This document shows positions 62,058-64,000 of a stretch of 64,000 bases of DNA, in pieces. The translations under genes were made by a program, and so were the position numbers. The notes under the pieces were generated by a model that was given only the letters and a program-made list of their open reading frames with translations, did not search any database and was not told where the DNA came from. Source of the DNA: an uncultured Alphaproteobacteria bacterium (lineage in GTDB: Bacteria > Pseudomonadota > Alphaproteobacteria > Rhizobiales > Beijerinckiaceae); NCBI GenBank assembly GCA_963835215.1, contig CAWIES010000004.1, forward strand, positions 371,121 through 435,120, read 5' to 3'. Position 1 is the stretch's first letter. Each line of letters opens with the position of its first letter.

Positions 62058-63947
62058 TCAGCTTCCTTCGGCCGCCTGCAGCACGTCCTGGTGGATCTTC
62101 ACGCCGAGCTCACGCTCGAGCGCGTCGAGGTATTGGTCGACCAGGCTCGATTGCAGACCTTCGCCGAGTTGTGTGGCGAGCGCCTTGACCGTGGGATCGT
62201 CGAACCGCGTCGGCGGCGTCGCGTCGGCGGTGATCTTGAAGACGACCCGCCCCTCCGGCGTTCCGGCCGAGCCGGCGCCGCCCGCGGGCAGGTCAAAGAC
62301 GGCGCTGACGACGCTCGGCGCAAGCGCCGTCGTGCCGTCCCGGTGGATGTCGGTCGCGGACTTCGCCTCCAACCCCGCGCCCTCGGCGAGGCTGACCAGC
62401 GTCGCGCCGGCGTCGATTTGTTTGACCATGTCGGCGGCCTTGGCGGCGAGCGCCTTGCTCGTGGCGTCGGCGCGCCATTGCGTCTCGACCTTGTCCTTGA
62501 CGTCGTCAAAGGAAAGCGCGCGCGCGGGATCGACTTTCAAAATGTCGAACCACAGCCAGCCGCGATCCTTGGTCTGCAACGGCGCGTCGTCGACGCCGAC
62601 GTCGGACGCGTAGACGGAGGAGAGGAGGTCTTTCGCGTCGGGCAGATCGACCGCGGCTCCGGCGGAATCCTTGCCTTCGGCGTCGATCGCAGGAATCGAG
62701 CGCGTCTCCAGGCCGAGGGATTTGGCCGCCTCGGCGAGCGACTTGCCCGAGACGCGGGCGTCTTCGATCTTGTCGTGCAACGTCTGCACCTGATTGCCGA
62801 TCCGGTCGGCGGCGATCTCTTTCTTCAACTGATCTTTGACCTCGTCGAAGCTCTTGACCCCGCCTGGCGTGATGCTGACGACGCGCACGATCGCCGGTCC
62901 GAATTGACCTTTGACGACCTCGCTGACCCCGCCCTCAGGCAGCGCGAAGGCGGCGTCGGCGATCGCGGGATCGTAGGCCCCAGCCTTGGTCGTCTCGCCG
63001 AGGTCGGTGTCGGTCGGGGTCAGATTGCGCGCTTTGACGATGTCGTCGAATGAAGCGCCCGCCTTGATCTTGGCCGCTGCGTCGTCGGCGGCGGCTTGGT
63101 CGGGAAAGACGATCTGCTGCAGCTTGCGCTTTTCGAGTGTCACGAAGCGGGCGTCGCGCACTTTGTCGTAGTCGGCCTTGGCGTCCTCGTCCGACACGTC
63201 GCCGGGCTTGGCGAGCGCGGCCGGGTCGACGAGCAGGATGTCGATCGCGCGGTATTCGGGCGCGCGGTACTCGTCCTTGCGGTCCTCGAAAAAGGCCTTG
63301 AGCGCGTCGCTCGTCGGGGCGGGGATATCGCCAGCGGCGGAGGGCGGCAGCACGAGGTAATCAATGGCGCGGGTCTGCGCCTGGACGCGGGCGAGGAAGT
63401 CGACCAGCGGCTTGGGCGCCGTCAGACCAAGGGTCAGCGCGAGGCCAATCTGCTGGCGCAGATAAGTTTTGCTCTGTTCGGCGAAGAAGCCGCGCTCGGA
63501 AAGGCCGGAATCGCGCAGGGCCTGATCGAAGCGGTTGCGGTCGAATTGACCGGAGGCGTCCTGCAAATTGGGGTCGGCGCGCACCGCCGCCACGATGGCG
63601 TCGTCGGAAATCGCCAGGCCGAGCGAATGGGCCCGCTGGTCGAGCGCCGCGTCGGAGATCAGGCTGCGCAACACCTGCTGGTCAAAGCCGAGCGCCCGGG
63701 CCTGCGCGCTGGTAAGGCTGGTGTGGCTGCGGCTCTGGAAGCGAAAGAGCATGGTCTGCATTTCGTTCTGGAACTGCTGGGCGGTGACCACCTCGCCGCC
63801 GACGTCGGCGAGCTTGTCCGAGACGAAGCCGCGGAACATGTCGCCGATGCCCCAGATCGCAAAGCTGGCGATCATCAGGCCGAACAGCAGCGTCATGATG
63901 GCGCGGCCGACCAGGCCCTTCGAAAGTCTGCGCATCCCGTCGAGCAT
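62058..63947 (-). CDS. ppiD: PpiD/SurA-like periplasmic folding chaperone
   Basis: N-terminal TM with SFAIWGI, SurA-N region, parvulin-like GASFDD..DLG; upstream of trpE. Confidence 0.85.
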   Translation of the reverse strand: MLDGMRRLSKGLVGRAIMTLLFGLMIASFAIWGIGDMFRGFVSDKLADVGGEVVTAQQFQNEMQTMLFRFQSRSHTSLTSAQARALGFDQQVLRSLISDAALDQRAHSLGLAISDDAIVAAVRADPNLQDASGQFDRNRFDQALRDSGLSERGFFAEQSKTYLRQQIGLALTLGLTAPKPLVDFLARVQAQTRAIDYLVLPPSAAGDIPAPTSDALKAFFEDRKDEYRAPEYRAIDILLVDPAALAKPGDVSDEDAKADYDKVRDARFVTLEKRKLQQIVFPDQAAADDAAAKIKAGASFDDIVKARNLTPTDTDLGETTKAGAYDPAIADAAFALPEGGVSEVVKGQFGPAIVRVVSITPGGVKSFDEVKDQLKKEIAADRIGNQVQTLHDKIEDARVSGKSLAEAAKSLGLETRSIPAIDAEGKDSAGAAVDLPDAKDLLSSVYASDVGVDDAPLQTKDRGWLWFDILKVDPARALSFDDVKDKVETQWRADATSKALAAKAADMVKQIDAGATLVSLAEGAGLEAKSATDIHRDGTTALAPSVVSAVFDLPAGGAGSAGTPEGRVVFKITADATPPTRFDDPTVKALATQLGEGLQSSLVDQYLDALERELGVKIHQDVLQAAEGS

Positions 63948-64000
63948 GGACGAATGGATTCCCTGACGTTTGAACGCGCTTTCTCAGCCTAGGGGCGAAA

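Overview
This is a GC-rich chromosomal segment from an alphaproteobacterium, most likely Hyphomicrobiales, judged from pleD-divK, eipB, popZ, pcs, an exoR-like gene, GTTC-N7-GTTC LexA boxes and CGTC-type palindromic repeats. Most of it is housekeeping: mcp, pleD/divK, dinB, scpAB, lexA, xth, lpxL, trpB2, two cyclophilins, queA-tgt, eno-ftsB, glyA-nrdR-ribD-ribE, pcs, tRNA-Cys, pcm-tolC-popZ-valS, trpGDC, metC, aapJ, trpE and ppiD. About 16 genes, including eno, lexA and scpAB, are split by single-base indels that look like sequencing or consensus errors, so those genes are given as reconstructed spans. The main accessory region is about 10.74-17.1 kb. It starts with an apparently complete IS1595-family element (about 10743-12918) sitting 15 bp from the lexA SOS boxes. 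Each end of the element carries a mirror-image cassette of inverted repeat, putative promoter and start codon. One cassette would drive the transposase. The other would drive an unrecognised passenger protein with a membrane anchor and two tandem copies of a domain of about 85 aa, followed by an overlapping small ORF. Decayed IS1595 and IS1182 transposases and a MarR/oxidoreductase module follow. Other items worth checking are two structured intergenic sRNA/sORF candidates (about 9.56-9.72 kb and 25.86-26.05 kb), a tandem pair of membrane cNMP-binding paralogs, a trp cluster split by 13 kb, and three REP-like repeat families. All calls come from reading the sequence and ORF track; no database search was run.
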